DNA of 64,000 nt from Sphagnum compactum (lineage: Eukaryota). This document shows, in pieces, positions 12,792 to 26,163 of this stretch (positions are counted from its first letter, which is position 1; each line of letters opens with the position of its first letter). The stretch covers positions 34,958,213-35,022,212 of the forward strand of contig OZ234493.1 in NCBI GenBank assembly GCA_965153455.1. Direction: 5' to 3'. Position numbers and translations under genes: made by a program. The notes beneath the pieces are model-generated. The model saw only the letters and a list, made by a program, of their open reading frames with translations. It did no database searches and was not told where the DNA came from.

Positions 12792-13742
12792 AGTTTAGCT
12801 TACGCAAGGTTTAGTGTTTAGGGTTGGTCATCTTCGGCTTTCATGACATATCTGACCCTTGTCAAAAAGTCTCCCTTTTGAGAGTTTAGCTTCCGCAAGG
12901 TTTAGGGTTTAGGGTTGATTGTCTTCTGCTGTCATGACATGTCCAACCCTTGTTAAAAACTCTCCCTTTTGAGAGTTTAGCTTCTGCAATTGCTCAACTT
13001 TAGGAAAGCCTTGAATAATATCTCCAGATTTCAATCTTTCATATATCAAAGTTATTTGAGTATCTCCTTCTCTTACAACTTCATCATAATGACTATGAAC
13101 AGTTGCTCCTCCAGTAGCCAAATATGGCTTGGCTGATCTGATTAGTACAAAATCCATATGAATGACTATAATTTGTCTGGATCCATAAAGGGGTTGATAT
13201 TCAAATACAAATAAACCCTCACAAATAAATTGTCTGAGATTCATTAATTTTATTTTATTTTCTTGATGAAAAAAATTGGAAGAAAAGACCATCTTAGTAT
13301 ATTGGAAATGGATACTATTACCTAACAACAATTTATATATTTTTCTATTTTCACCAATAAAAAACCACTTAGGTTTTCGAAAAGTATTCAGAGGACTATC
13401 TATTATTGAAATTTTAATAGATATGAGTCGATCATGGGTTATCAAACAAAAAGGTTGAAAAAAATTTGTGATATTTTTGTTAAGTGACCCAAGAAAAAAA
13501 CGAATTTTCCAATAAATTGAATTGTCCGAAAATTCTTTGGATTGTTAACAAAATATCCCTAGTTTCTTTTTCTGAATCAAAAATTCCACTTAGATTTTTA
13601 CAGGTAGTAATTAATTCCTTTTCGGATCCTTGATCGAGGGATTGTATATAAAAGCGAGGATCTTTTTCCAAATGAAATACTTCTTTTTTTTAAGGTTTAG
13701 CTTATGCAAGGTTTAGGGTTTAGGGTTGGTTGTCTTCTGCTG
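12792..13742. repeat. 91-bp tandem repeat containing TTTAGGG motifs, interrupted by the plastid insertion
   Basis: Units start AGTTTAGCTT at 12792, 12883 and 12974; the unit resumes at 13695 (GTTTAGCTTATGCAAGGTTTAGGGTTTAGGGTTGGTTGTCTTCTGCTGT). Confidence 0.85.
12988..13693 (-). pseudogene. rpoC2: Nuclear plastid DNA insertion (NUPT): fragment of chloroplast rpoC2 (RNA polymerase beta'' subunit)
   Basis: The minus strand encodes LIRSAKPYLATGGATVHSHYDEVVREGDTQITLIYERLKSGDIIQGFPKVEQL, matching the rpoC2 block IRSAKPYLAT.GATVH.HYGE...GDTL.T.IYE...SGDI.QGLPKVEQ. It is AT-rich, has no start or stop context, and shifts frame between ORFs 13480-13671 and 12909-13445. Confidence 0.9.
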
Positions 13743-15395
13743 TAGTTGTAAGTAACAACACTACTCATTTCTTACATTCGTGGACACAAGGTACCATCCA
13801 AATACATTAGGAAGTGTATATTCTGTGAGTGCTTTCCATTCTGACAACTTCCAAATGAGCAGTTTATTGAGTTTGCCCAATGATCTCGCTTTGGGTTGGG
13901 TGGGTTAGCTAGATTGAACATGGTCATGAGTCTTATGATGGAAGTCCAGTCTTTGGACATTGTGAACTTTTGAGACTAACTATTTTTGTTTGGTGGTGAA
14001 ACTGAATTTGAAACTACCAATAAAACTTTTAGTGGGAAAAAAGAAAGGGGTCAGCTTCATTATTATATTTTTTGTTGAGTGGGAGAGAATGGTGAAGCTA
14101 AAAGACATGGAAAAAAGAACTCTGAGAAGTTGACATGGGGTGAAAGCTACAGTAGATGGTGTGAAAGTTGTAGATGGTTCCTTGAACCCCATTGTTGAGA
14201 AGTTTGCTAATAGTTTGTATTTGATGCAAATGTGGTAAACTTTATAAAAACAGACGAAATATATACAACGTTAAGGAAATGAAAGCACATGAGCAGGGGA
14301 ATTATTTTTTCAATTTTGTGAGGTTCAACAAGTGGCAATGGATGTTTACAAAAAAACATCAAATTTAGTTGATATTGCACTGTAAAATCAGAAACCTCCA
14401 AAAATTTCCCAAACAAAGTTGTTGCCAAAGAAACCATGGTACTAGGACGTATGCTGATTATTGCATGGATGCTGATCATGGTATCTCTCATACTTTGCCT
14501 TCATCCTTTCTTAAATTGCAAAGTTTTGTGTGGAACACAAACAAGAAGATATGTTCATTTGGTTTCCGCAGTAACAACATCCACAAGGATACAGACCATC
14601 TACAAGGAAAAAGATGGACACACAAACAGGCTACAACTGCATAAAACAACTTCACCAAAAGCATGATGGAAAGAATTTGTAAGCCACCATAATACAAGTT
14701 TGTCACTGAATTTTGCAGCAAAAATACTAGCCATCACTACAGTTACAGGTAACCTTTAAAGACAACCAGAATAAAAGTGTTTCACCTGGTATGCTTCCAG
14801 AGTTTCAATGGGCAATCCTAATATCAATTCACCTAAATTCAAATAATCTGTACTTGCATTGAATCTCTTTGCATTACAATGTGACAGCAGCATGTAAGTC
14901 ATGTCCTCCATTTCTCATTCCAATTGTCCATCACCTTTGAACTACATGTTCTGATACTAAATGGCTTCATTCCTAATGGTTATCGTGCAGATGAGCTGAG
15001 AACATCATCAAGCTTGTTAATCATGGGATCATGTGCCTATTTTAAGCTTGGATCCAAGTGAACAACCACTTGTTTCACCTTCTACCTCTTTGACAAAACA
15101 TACAGAAAGAAAGTCCTGTAACACCCAGGTTGCCAAAGCATGAAACATGGGCAAGTAGTAACTTCTCATCTGTAAAGCAGCAATCATCACATAAAACCTT
15201 TTGGTCTCAAGCAAAGCACATACATTTTCTAAGGCACAGGTGTTTCTACTCCGGCCATCCATTCCATGGTAAACTCCCATATACTAGTAGGAAATATACA
15301 TTAGTGCACATCACTATGAAGATTGAACACATTTTCTGCTTTCAACAAATCCCATCCAACAAAAAGCATATGGAGTTGAATTTGCACTGCAGTTG

Positions 15396-17143
15396 TCATT
15401 GAATCAGACATGCACATACTTGCAACGATTGTCCATCATTGTTGTCATCATCTGAGTCATCTGAATCACTGACACAAATCCATCCACAAACACACAAAGC
15501 ACTGATATCAAGCCATTGCATATTGAAAATGACAGTTTTGTGGTCACAAGTGATGATCAGGAATTCTGAGTTCAAGGAGATGACATGCTAATAATGCTGA
15601 TGACTGTGCAGAACCCATCACACCCAGAAATTCTGGATTGCAACATCTCATACTGTCGACCTGAAATAACACTCTAACATGCTTTCTAATAGTCAAAGAG
15701 CAAAGGGAAAAGAATGAAAGTTGCAACCATGAAATTGAAAATATTCTTATCCACGCCCTATATAGAGCTTTTTATCCTTTCGGCAGAGCATCAATTGCAT
15801 ATGAATCATGCAGTTTTAACATTCCTTAAGCATGTAGAAACTGTGCAAGCCATAACTGTGCAAACGATGGCTTCCATCATACGCTATGCTCCTGCCCAAC
15901 ATTGGAACCTTGAAGACCATCCCATTCTAATGCCATCAAGCAAATTAATACCACCCAGTTGCAGCACATGATGGCAGCTTCACCATATCAGCCAGCAACT
16001 TCACAGGAGGCCACCTCAAATATGATATAGAGATTGAAGCTTGTCTACTACAGTGTTGGATACATTTTGTTGTGCTAGCCTTAATCTTGAGGTCAGTTTC
16101 AAAGGTTGCTGTAATTAGATCAAAAGCAACTTGATCTTCAGAGCAAGTTTGCAAGCTTTCAAGCTTCATCACGATGTTTTTGGCAAACCCTAACATGATT
16201 TTTTTCTCATTGCTCCATTCATGATGAAAGGTGATGAGAGTCCAAAGGTATCCCTGAAGAAGGCAAGAAGCACACTGGTAACATGGTTCATGTTTGGGTG
16301 ATTTTCCAGTAAACCCTTGCTAAAGGTAATGTTTCCAAAAGAGACATGCAGAAAGTACAGGGCCAGATTGGAAACAAGAATGGGCCATTCATTGATGCAG
16401 AACTCACCTTTGGAGGAGAGGGTTCAAATTTTCTGGCAGTGAGAGAGAGAGAGAGAGAGAGAAGGAAAGCAAATCAGAAAACCTTTGGAAAATAGGGTTC
16501 AATCATCATCAGCCACAGGGAGAGAGAGAAGAAGAAAGAAAAAGTCTTCTTGCTCGCCACAAGGGGCAGGTTTCTTTCCGCAAGGGTATTGATTTATGTA
16601 GATTAGTGAGAGAAAATAGAAAGCGTATATGAGTGTCCATGCATGCATACATGGGCATTCAACCCTCAAGAACTTCTTGTATCAAGTCCTTGCCCCAAAG
16701 TCATCATCAATGCAATTTCATTGCAAAAGAAAGAAAGAGAAAGAGAAAAGAGTGTGCATAGGTAGGTACCTGGGTTCAAACTCAAGGATTTGTGTCAAGT
16801 CCTTGCCACAGTCATCAATCCATTGCACTTTGCATTCACGTTTCTTCTGTCGGTGGTTCGCAACAGCCGCCTCATCACCAGCACCCGAATCTGGACCCTC
16901 CTCCTCCTCCTCCTCCTCCTCCTCGCCCTTGGCTTTTGCTGCCTCGGGACGCACAGGCATTGAAACCCTAAGCCTAACCCTATTGTTTTTGGAACCATCA
17001 TGATCCTGGAGAGATGGCGGAAGAGAGGACTTGTGTTTGAGGTTACTCTTGAGAGAAGAATGCGACATATGGCCATTGGATTGATCAAGAGGCTCATGTC
17101 CTACAATGGCAAGAACCGGCAGAGGCGGTGCGGAGTGAGCCAT
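15396..17143 (-). CDS. Plant-specific uncharacterised protein with LKS.LK / KVQW.D..G..L..I.EFEPS motifs, an acidic tail and a C-terminal CaaX (CACLIQ). Exons: >=17143-16770 and 15468-15396; start uncertain (frame is open up to 17407)
   Basis: ORF 16718..17350 gives SSLKSNLK...KVQWIDDCGKDLTQILEFEP. Donor AG|GTACCT (16770) joins acceptor GTCAG|T (15468) to give SDSDDSDDDNNDGQSLQVCACLIQ*. The first in-frame ATG is at 17143. Confidence 0.8.
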
Positions 17144-19434
17144 GGCAGCAGCATCATGCCTCCGTGAGCGGCAGGAGGAATCCTTGAGAGGCTTGTGGCA
17201 ACAGTAGCAGCAACAGCAGGAGGAACAACGACCCAGCAAAGCGGTCGATGCACACCCACTGTGCGCTTCCTTTTCAGAAGCCAGTGAGTGGAGCTTTTCT
17301 CCACCCTTACGATGATGTCCTCCAGGCCGAGCATGAGATCCTCCACTCAAGGCCTTCTTCCCTGACTGACGAAAAGCTTCAAGCTGTACCCATCTTCTTC
17401 GGCGTACTCACAGGCATGGGAAAACGAGTCCTAATGCTCTGGAACTAACAACTGTGGTCTCATCTCATCTGTGATCATCATCGGGCTTCAGCAGTGGAAA
17501 GAAGAGCCTCAATTGCTTATTTCTTCGTCTCTTCTCATCGCAAGCCACCTGATGCCAAAGGGTCCAAAGTGAGATTTGGTTGTGACGCAACAATGAGAGG
17601 AAGAGCGCAACAGAAAGGAAACAGAAGAGCGAGCTTCATGAAGCTCCTTGATTGAAGAGCAGCGCCCACCAACAACCATCGAACCTTTTTCCCAAAATGC
17701 TTTCACAATCTCTGCACGGCACCAGGCGAGAGATTGGTCGTTGGAAAGACAATTTCGGAGACAAAAAACAAAGGCAGACGGGAGGATTCAGAAGATGTGC
17801 ACACGGAAGAGGCAGCTCGGCAAGAATATGGAGCTTGGAAGCAACACACACTACGATGAGAACGCGCAGCAGAACTCACAGAAGGCTATGGAGAAAGAAC
17901 CAACGCTTTGGGACCGTAGCTATAGGTCCTATGTGAGTTCCCTAGGCCCTTTGTATCGGCCCTTACACCATTCACACTTGGAGGTAAAAGACAGAAGTAA
18001 ACGACTTTAAAATTTTAAATTATTAAATCTTTTTTTTAAAAAGCCTATTCAGACATAAAATGAGGTTCCCATACTTGTGGGTTCTCTTGAAGTTGGGGAA
18101 CACCCTGAGGCTCCCTCACTTGGGTGGACCTCCCATTGGAGAACTCCTATACTTGTGAGTTCTCCTGAAGTTCGGGAACATTTTGGGTGCACCCATCCAA
18201 TTGATGGGTTGTTTTGAAGTCTACCCGTCTACTTGTTGGGTTTCTTCTCAAAATATGAATGAATGTTGGGTAACTGATTTAATCAATACCTTTATATCAT
18301 TTGAACTTTTTTGAGTTGACACTTGTCTTTTTGTATCACAAGGTTTCATATCATTATGAAATTTTTAAAACAATTCAAATGATTAATTTTTTAAATGAAT
18401 TTTTTTTGATAAACATACAAATAATTAGATTCAATTCCTTTAAATGTTATTAAAATGATATTCTTTAAAAATTAATTTGAAAGATTATGCAAACATTAAG
18501 TAAAATAAAACACATCAATTTTCAAGATGAATTAAAATTTTAATATAAAATTCGTTATTGAGATATAAATGTTTTTAATTAATTTGATGTTATTTAGAAA
18601 ACTTCAATAAGGCTTTGATGAAGATTTAATAACAAAAATCATGATTAATTAATTTTAATTAACTAATTTGCTTAATAGCCACTTAATTGATGAGAGACCG
18701 TGAGGTGTAAGAAGGGCGAAGGATCTTACACCTACAAGTAGGCCTAAGATCCCTCCCACTCTTAAGGAGTCTGCATAATATCCCTCCTCTTTTCTAGAAA
18801 GGATGATTCATGATATAATGTGCACTCCAAATACAATAGGAAATTCCTCTGAATTCTTTCCATCTTAAACTAAACGAGCAACCTTGCTGAATTGAATGAG
18901 AAGGATAAACTAATTTGCAAGATAAATAAACAAATAAAGATTACAGGACAAGCATCGAACCTCCTTTGTAATCATGAGGCAGAAGGAAAAAGAAACCACC
19001 CTCAGTTCTGTCCAATGACCTTAAAAAATTCTAGTTCTATAAAAAAAACTGAATGTAATGTAGAAATGGCTTTCTATCGGCTACCCTGTTAAGAGGGCAA
19101 AAATGAGCTATTCTAGAAATTGCTACACTGATTCCTATATTTTTAACTCTGAATAACAGAAGACACTACTCCCTCATAAGTTCAAAATTAACTACTCTAA
19201 ACCCTGCAAGCACACAAGAGCCCCTATCAGCTAAATCAAGGGTTTGAAGTTCAGTATTTTGTATTGGCTACTTTATGTTCACAACTGAGAAAAAAGATTG
19301 GGGATAGTATGCTCAAAAGGGGCCAAAACTTGCAGAAGACGAATGACATCTGTTGAAAAAATAAATCACTTCATCCCTGAAATATCCAGTATGAGTTTTA
19401 CAAGCTGCAATGCTAATGGGTTTATGACATTAAA

Positions 19435-22400
19435 TTACCTGCTACTGGCAGCTTTGGGTTTAGACAGATCTGCAAGCTCCTCAATCAGCTTTCGCTCTTC
19501 ACTGCTGAGGCGCTTGGGGATTTCAACCTGGACCTTCACCAGCTCATCACCTCGCATGTTTGTCTTCCCCAATAAGGGAACTCCCCGCTTGGACATCACC
19601 AATGTTGTCCCTGGTTGAGTTCCAGCAGGGATTTTCAAGTCCACATTGCCATCCACAGTTGGCACTTTGACTGTTGTCCCAAGAATAGCATCCACATAAG
19701 AGATGCTTGTTGATATGAGGATATTATTCCCATCACGCTTCAAATTGGGGTCTGAACGTACGTTGATGAATACATAAAGATCCCCAGGTGGACCTCCACG
19801 CTTGCCTGCATTCCCCTCTGAGCGAACACGAAGTCGACTACCAGAATCCACTCCAGCAGGAACTTTTAAGCTAATGAGTTTGGATTTCCTGACCCGTCCA
19901 TCCCCAGAGCAAGATGTGCATGGTGTTGAAATCTCCCCACTGCCCCTACAAGCTGGACATGTTGCTACCTGCCGAAAATCCCCTAAAGGTGTTCGGGCTG
20001 TTGTCATAACTTGGCCTTGACCACCACAGGTGCTGCAAGAGCTAGGAGTTGTGCCTGGTTTTGCTCCTGATCCATCACATGTGTTACACATCTCCAGACG
20101 TGCAACTTCAATGTTCTTTTCAATCCCAAAGACTGCCTCCTGAAAGTCTAGTAGCAGATCATACCGCTCATCATCACCTTGCATTGGGCGGTTGCGAGAT
20201 GACCGGGAACTACCACCCATGCCTCCAAAGAATGTCTCAAATAAATCAAATGGGTTGTTGAAGTCCTGCCATATTACCAGCAATAATACAACAAGGAGCA
20301 AGTAAGAATCACTCGTATGCATACATAGCCTACATCCCCAAACATCTCCTCTCTGCCATCTAATTCTATCCCAGTTAAATTCCCCACATATACACCATCA
20401 TACTCAACAAATGATTCTGACACATACCCCAGTTCCTCCAGCACCTGCACCCTTGAGACCAGCTTCGCCATATCTGTCATAAATTGACCGCTTCTCGTCA
20501 TCAGACAATACCTGCACTTACATACCAATTATTCAAACTTCACATGTGGAATTGCAAACAGGCATTATCACCAATCTTCAAACAATTGCTTAACAAATGG
20601 CAAAGGAGAGCTGTTGGATATTACCTCATATGCGTTACTGATATCCTTAAACTTCTGTTCTGCTCCAGGTTCTCTGACACATCAACCATTCCCATATGCA
20701 ACCTTAGCCTCTGGTGTCCTAAGTAGTGAAAACTTTCACAAGTTAAATATGGCTAATAAGTGAACCCGGATGGCTAGGGTTGTTGATTACAACAGCTATG
20801 ACAATAACAGAAAGGCAGTGATCTTCAAATGCATCAGCTATAAGAAGGTCACTCACTTGTTCACATCAGGGTGATATTGGCGGGCTAGTTTGCGATATGC
20901 TGCAAGTACGAACAAAACTGGCTGTCACCTTTATTACACAATTTTATCATAAGTGCTACAACCTATCCATACTAATGACTTAAATCAACCTGGATGGAAC
21001 TGAGACCTGACATAACAATAAGGTTACAGAGACTCAGATCTGACAATACACCAGCAAACAGTACAAAAAAACAAGCTCAACCCAACACAATGGAGGAATT
21101 TTTTTGAAAAGAAAAAGTGGAGGAGCAGTGACAATAGTAAGATGACTTAAGAATAGAGACAGTTACACACGTTCATGAAAGAGGCTTGGAAAAGCTCCCC
21201 ACATGGGAATGGGAAATCTTTGAAATTATCATTCTGAAGATTTTGAAGGCAGAAAATCCAAACAGACACCTTTCCTTGTCAAGCAACCCAAGAGCAGCAG
21301 TAACAAGAAGACTTAGCCATGATGCTCGCTAGCTCAGTATGACTTAGAAGGAGAGGACTAAGGAACCACAATAGAAAGAAGAACACTAAAAGAGACAGAA
21401 AAAGACAAAACTAAAGAAGGAAAGAGGACAGAAAAAGAGAGGAACAAGATGGATAACTTTAACAGCATGATCCTTTGAAGAAAGCAGGCTTTAAAGAGCT
21501 CCCACTTAGGATTAAGAAGCCCTTGAAATAATTCTTTCCCGTATGATGGAAAGACTGTCATGTACGATTACAAAAGGCAGACACCAAAAAAAACTTATAT
21601 ATCTGGAAAAGTTTATATAAAGAACAAATATATTACAATGACATATTACAACAACTGATTTTCATGCAATAGATACACATGAAGAATAACAACTCGAAAC
21701 CATGACAGGTGATGCAAAGAACCCTTCAAATTTAGTATTGAGAATCCAGAGCAAGAAACTCACAACTTTTTATCTCTGCCTTGTCTGCATTCTTCCCAAC
21801 TCCAAGGACGGAGTAATAATCCTGCAGAGAACCATGATTTGAAAGCCATTCTCTCTGTTTTTCTATTTTTGACTATGGTAAGGACAACTGCTGATTCATA
21901 TCTAGATGAAATCTTTTGAGGATAAATCTATGCAAGGAGATCATGGTGTGTACTCACAGCATCTGCACGGACTACAAACTTTGAATTACATTGCTGGTAC
22001 TGCTTAGGCCGTGGCTGAGACGCATGGAGGCTAAGAGATTTCGCCCTGAAGAATGCACTAGAAGAGAACCCTGAAAGCAAGCCATACTTACTCCTGCACA
22101 CATCCTCATCCCAAAAGAACACATGCTCATTCAGTATGCATGCCAATGGAGGACTCATCATTTGCTCATGATGAGGATAAGGACCCTTGGTCCACCAGGG
22201 GTTTAAGAGGTATTACAACAAGCATCTCCTCGACATCAGTTATAATACATGATGCAGTAGCTGATGCTCTCTCTGTTTAATGTGAGGTAAGACTGAGTAC
22301 ACAATCAACAACCTGAGCTGCTTTGCTTCTAAAAGTCGGATTGGGAACAGCTGCAGGTATCTATGAAAACTGCTCCAAAATGCCAAAGGTTTAGAGAAAG

Positions 22401-22917
22401 ACCCGCAGACAAGTTCCACAATGTTTCTACCTTTAGACAACATGCTCAAGCCACTCAAAGGATTTTTGGTCCAGGCAGAGCATGATCACAGGATTTCTAT
22501 ACAAACACCATGCGTCCTGATGTTTTCATTCCATGTTTGGGCATAAACAGACAAGGCAGGCGAAGGGGGAAAAAAACTGGTTCCAAACTACAAACCCTAA
22601 CACATGTGTAGGAATTTACACCAGATTTCTTCACAAATTCTATTCAAACATCTGTTTCTTACGTAATGAAGACGAAGAACGTGGAGAAACTGTACATAGA
22701 GCCATGCACATACATACGAAGAGGAAGCTGAAAGGAAGAAGAGCAAGTAAGTCATTGAGACATACGTGCAGGAGGAAGACTTGGAGAGCGGGAGTGAGCA
22801 GGAGAAGGAGAAAGATGCAGCACGCTGCCTACACAAGGGCGCTGTTTCCAACGGCGTCGATTGCTTTCGAGCGCTCCACACCGAGGACCTGGTTATAGTC
22901 CCTACACTGTTCGCCAT
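19435..22917 (-). CDS. dnaJ: Chloroplast type-I (A-type) DnaJ co-chaperone. Exons: 22917-22766, 22093-21958, 21821-21764, 20899-20857, 20673-20625, 20511-20428, 20265-19435
   Basis: Ser-rich transit-peptide-like N-terminus ([18 protein letters not shown]...VVRA), J domain (DYYSVLGV...[14 protein letters not shown]...AYEVLSD), G/F region, four CxxCxGxG repeats and a C-terminal domain. All junctions are GT-AG and in phase. Confidence 0.95.
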
Positions 22918-23230
22918 TCACCCCCTCCTTCTCTCCCCGCCCCGCCCCAGCCCGCCCCCCTTCCCCGTTTCTCTCAAGAATTACGAAAACTCGCGAGCAG
23001 AATTCGTGGAAAACAAAGGCACAGGGAGGAGACGGAGTTCAGTCAGCCTCGATCCTCCGCGCAACTCCTTGAGAGCTGCAAAATCTATGGCGAGCGTTTG
23101 CGTGATGCAGTGAGCGAGTGGTGCAGGACGCCGGAGGGAATGCGGATTGTGGGGTCCGCCGCTCGCTCTTCCGCGCGACAAAAACCCTACACGCTTTTCA
23201 CTGCGGCGAGCGAGCGAGCGAGCGACCATA

Positions 23231-23415
23231 CATTCATCCATATATGGATGGAATGATACACGTAGATGGATGGAATACGACACATGTTATGGATGGAATG
23301 ATACATATGGATGGATGGAGTGCTATACACGTTATGGATGGAATACTATACATGTAATGGATGGAATAATACACATATGTAATGGATGGAATGCTTTACT
23401 TGTAATGGATGGATA
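23231..23415. repeat. Degenerate ~22-bp minisatellite upstream of the plastid DnaJ
   Basis: About 8 copies of ATGGATGGAATxxTACAC/ATGT. Confidence 0.8.
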
Positions 23416-26163
23416 GAGTTTTGTAGAAATGTGGCTAATTTTTTACCCAAAAAAATTTCTAGAAAATTTGAGATTTTTTTTCTTTAAAAAACACAGACTT
23501 TTTGACAAAATATTCATGTTTTATTTTTTGAATGCAAAAAATCATCACCACCCAAAAATAAATAAATAAAAATTACACACACACACACACTCTCTAGGGC
23601 TACACCTTGCATTCCGAGGGTATTGTTTGCCTACCCGGTTATATATAACATAATATAAATATTTATTCTATTCATTTTATCTAAATTTATTAAATATGGT
23701 AAATTCTGGTAATTGATAAATCTTTAACATCACTTATAAATTGAAAAGATATCTTTACAATATATTTTTCAAATTTCTTTTTGTTTACTCTATAAATATT
23801 TTCAAGACTTTTGTGGACTGCATTTCTTTTCTAAATTTTTTATAACATTTATTTCCAAAGTAATAAACAAATATTTTATTTTGAAATGAAATCATTTTTA
23901 TGTAATCTAGAAGGGAAGGAGGGGAATGGGGGTAGGGAGCTTACATTTTCATCCATAGGAGCTTACCCAATTGGGTCAATATTCATCAACAAAACCCACC
24001 GTATGTGGTTTGGCCAATTTAATTCATTAAATTTTGTCCCACCTCCATTTGGAACATCCATTAATAGATTTCCAATTTTCAATTTTGTTTGATGGGTCAT
24101 GTGCATCCATTAACTTTCAAATTACAAATTTTCCATCCAACATGACACTCATTACATTATAACATCATTTCTTATGTGATGATCTTATTTCAATCTTGTT
24201 CCATTTGGATGTTATTTGTACATATTTTCATTTTTAAAACCACTATCTTATTTTGAAAAAAAAATTCGCAAGGGTTTTATTCATTGTTCAAATTTCATTT
24301 CATCCATCAATGTTCATCTGGTGGGGTACCATTCTTCCATTGAATTTCATTGGGGTGGATGAATGTGACATTGGAAAGCTTTGCATTAAAAAGCTTAAGA
24401 TTCAATTTTATTTTTTTAATTCATAAATGTGGTGGTATTGAATATGTGTGCACACTTGTGTAACATGTTTTGAAGATGCCAAGTGCACATTCTTGAAGAA
24501 ACAATTCATGGCTTGTTATGAGTACAATGTCTTTGTGTGGGTAATAAGCAACTTGTCATGTATTTTCACTTAATAACATGTTCAAATAAGAACATGAATG
24601 ATGATGGAAATATGTAACATGGGTACGTACGTAATTTGACTCTAAAATGAATTTTGGTTGCCAAATAGTCTCATTGACATATATGTGTGCCCAATGTGGG
24701 GAACGTAAAGGAAGCTTGTAGATTGATCAATAGAGTATAGAATGGCCAAGAAGGGGATACTTAGTTGTCTCACATTGCCATGATTTTGGGGTGTGTTAAA
24801 AATGTGGTCTAGTATAGGTATAACATTAGTGTTGTTTCAAGAAATGCAACTAAAAAGAAGGGGAGTTATTATATAAGCTTCGTAGATTAAAGCCAATGTA
24901 TCTCATGGGGAAGTCACTATTTGTGATTTTTTAATTCAATTTAGGAAACAATGGAAGTTATTTTCCCTAATTTATCCTCCAAGAATTCATTAGGTGGTCA
25001 ATTAAGGGCATGTGCTCTCATGTTGGAGTGGGAAAAGGGGTAGAAATTGAAACTCCAAAAATGAATGATGGAATAGGGCTTAGATGGGTTGTGTTGAAGG
25101 TCACAACTTGTGATGTGAAACAAGAGTTGAAGGTTTTATTTGGGCTATCAAGGGTAATTGGAATGGTTGCTTGATGAACCTATGCTTCTACACAAGCCAA
25201 AAAGGTAAACATAAAAAAAGGCAACTCCAATCACCCAAATGATTCAATATCATAATTCTCTTGGTTTTTTCTAATCTCATTGAATCCTTATTTGTTCACA
25301 AAAGCTTGATCATTTACCTCCTTACTATTTGCATGCCATTGTGTCACATACAAAATGCCATGAAAACATAAGAATTGTAAACTTGTGTTGTTTTGCTCAT
25401 GCCCAAGTCATGGCAAAGAAAAAAGGAAGTTTCCTAAACCATTGATGATGTTAAGATCTTCTATTGAAAGTTGAAAAGGATTTTTCTTTCGTCTCTATGA
25501 CTCTTGATTATTACTTCAATTAATTGGCTAGTTGTTAGGATGGAAGAATCCCTTTCTTTTTTACTTTAGTTTTAAAAAACATTTTTGTTCAAGAGTGCAA
25601 AAATCAATGGAGTTCTTGATTCATCCACCATAATCTTCAAACTTGAGCAACAAGAGATAATAGCGCTCTTGAATAGTGATTTGGAGCAAGTGTGCAAATG
25701 GAAGGTCATGTACTTGAAAATCCTTACATATCTACCTACTTTGATCTTGATCCTTTTGCAACACAAATGTCCTTGCCTTGAAATATTCCTTCAAATATGA
25801 TTATGGACCATATTTGAGAAAGGAGATGGAGGTGCAATCAAAGATGCAAATAATGGAGGCAAAAGTTGTGGCACAATCACCAAAGACAAGACTTGTTGTA
25901 AGAAATTGTGGACAATTCCTTCTTGGGAGTGAATCGAAATCATTTTCTCAAGTTTGGTTTATAGACCAAATTCTATGTAAAATTATTAGGTTTGTGGTGA
26001 AATTGACATGTTCCATGTGCATTAGTAATGCCGAATTATATTAATCAAAAATTTATGATCATATTCTTGGAGGAGATTTAGAAGAGGCTTTTTTGAAGGA
26101 AATCAACAATGGGTAATGAAGATAATAGTCATTGTGTGGGAGGTTGGGCGAGAGCAGAGAAAA

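Noticed and set aside
21928-22161. MMSPPL... as the DnaJ start
   Set aside because: A better model splices the transit-peptide exon 22917-22766 to the CAG acceptor at 22093 in the correct phase.
25540-26120. Extra 5' exons of the USP-like gene (ORFs 25585..25800, 25778..26044)
   Set aside because: I recognised no USP similarity or confident splice phase; left unresolved.
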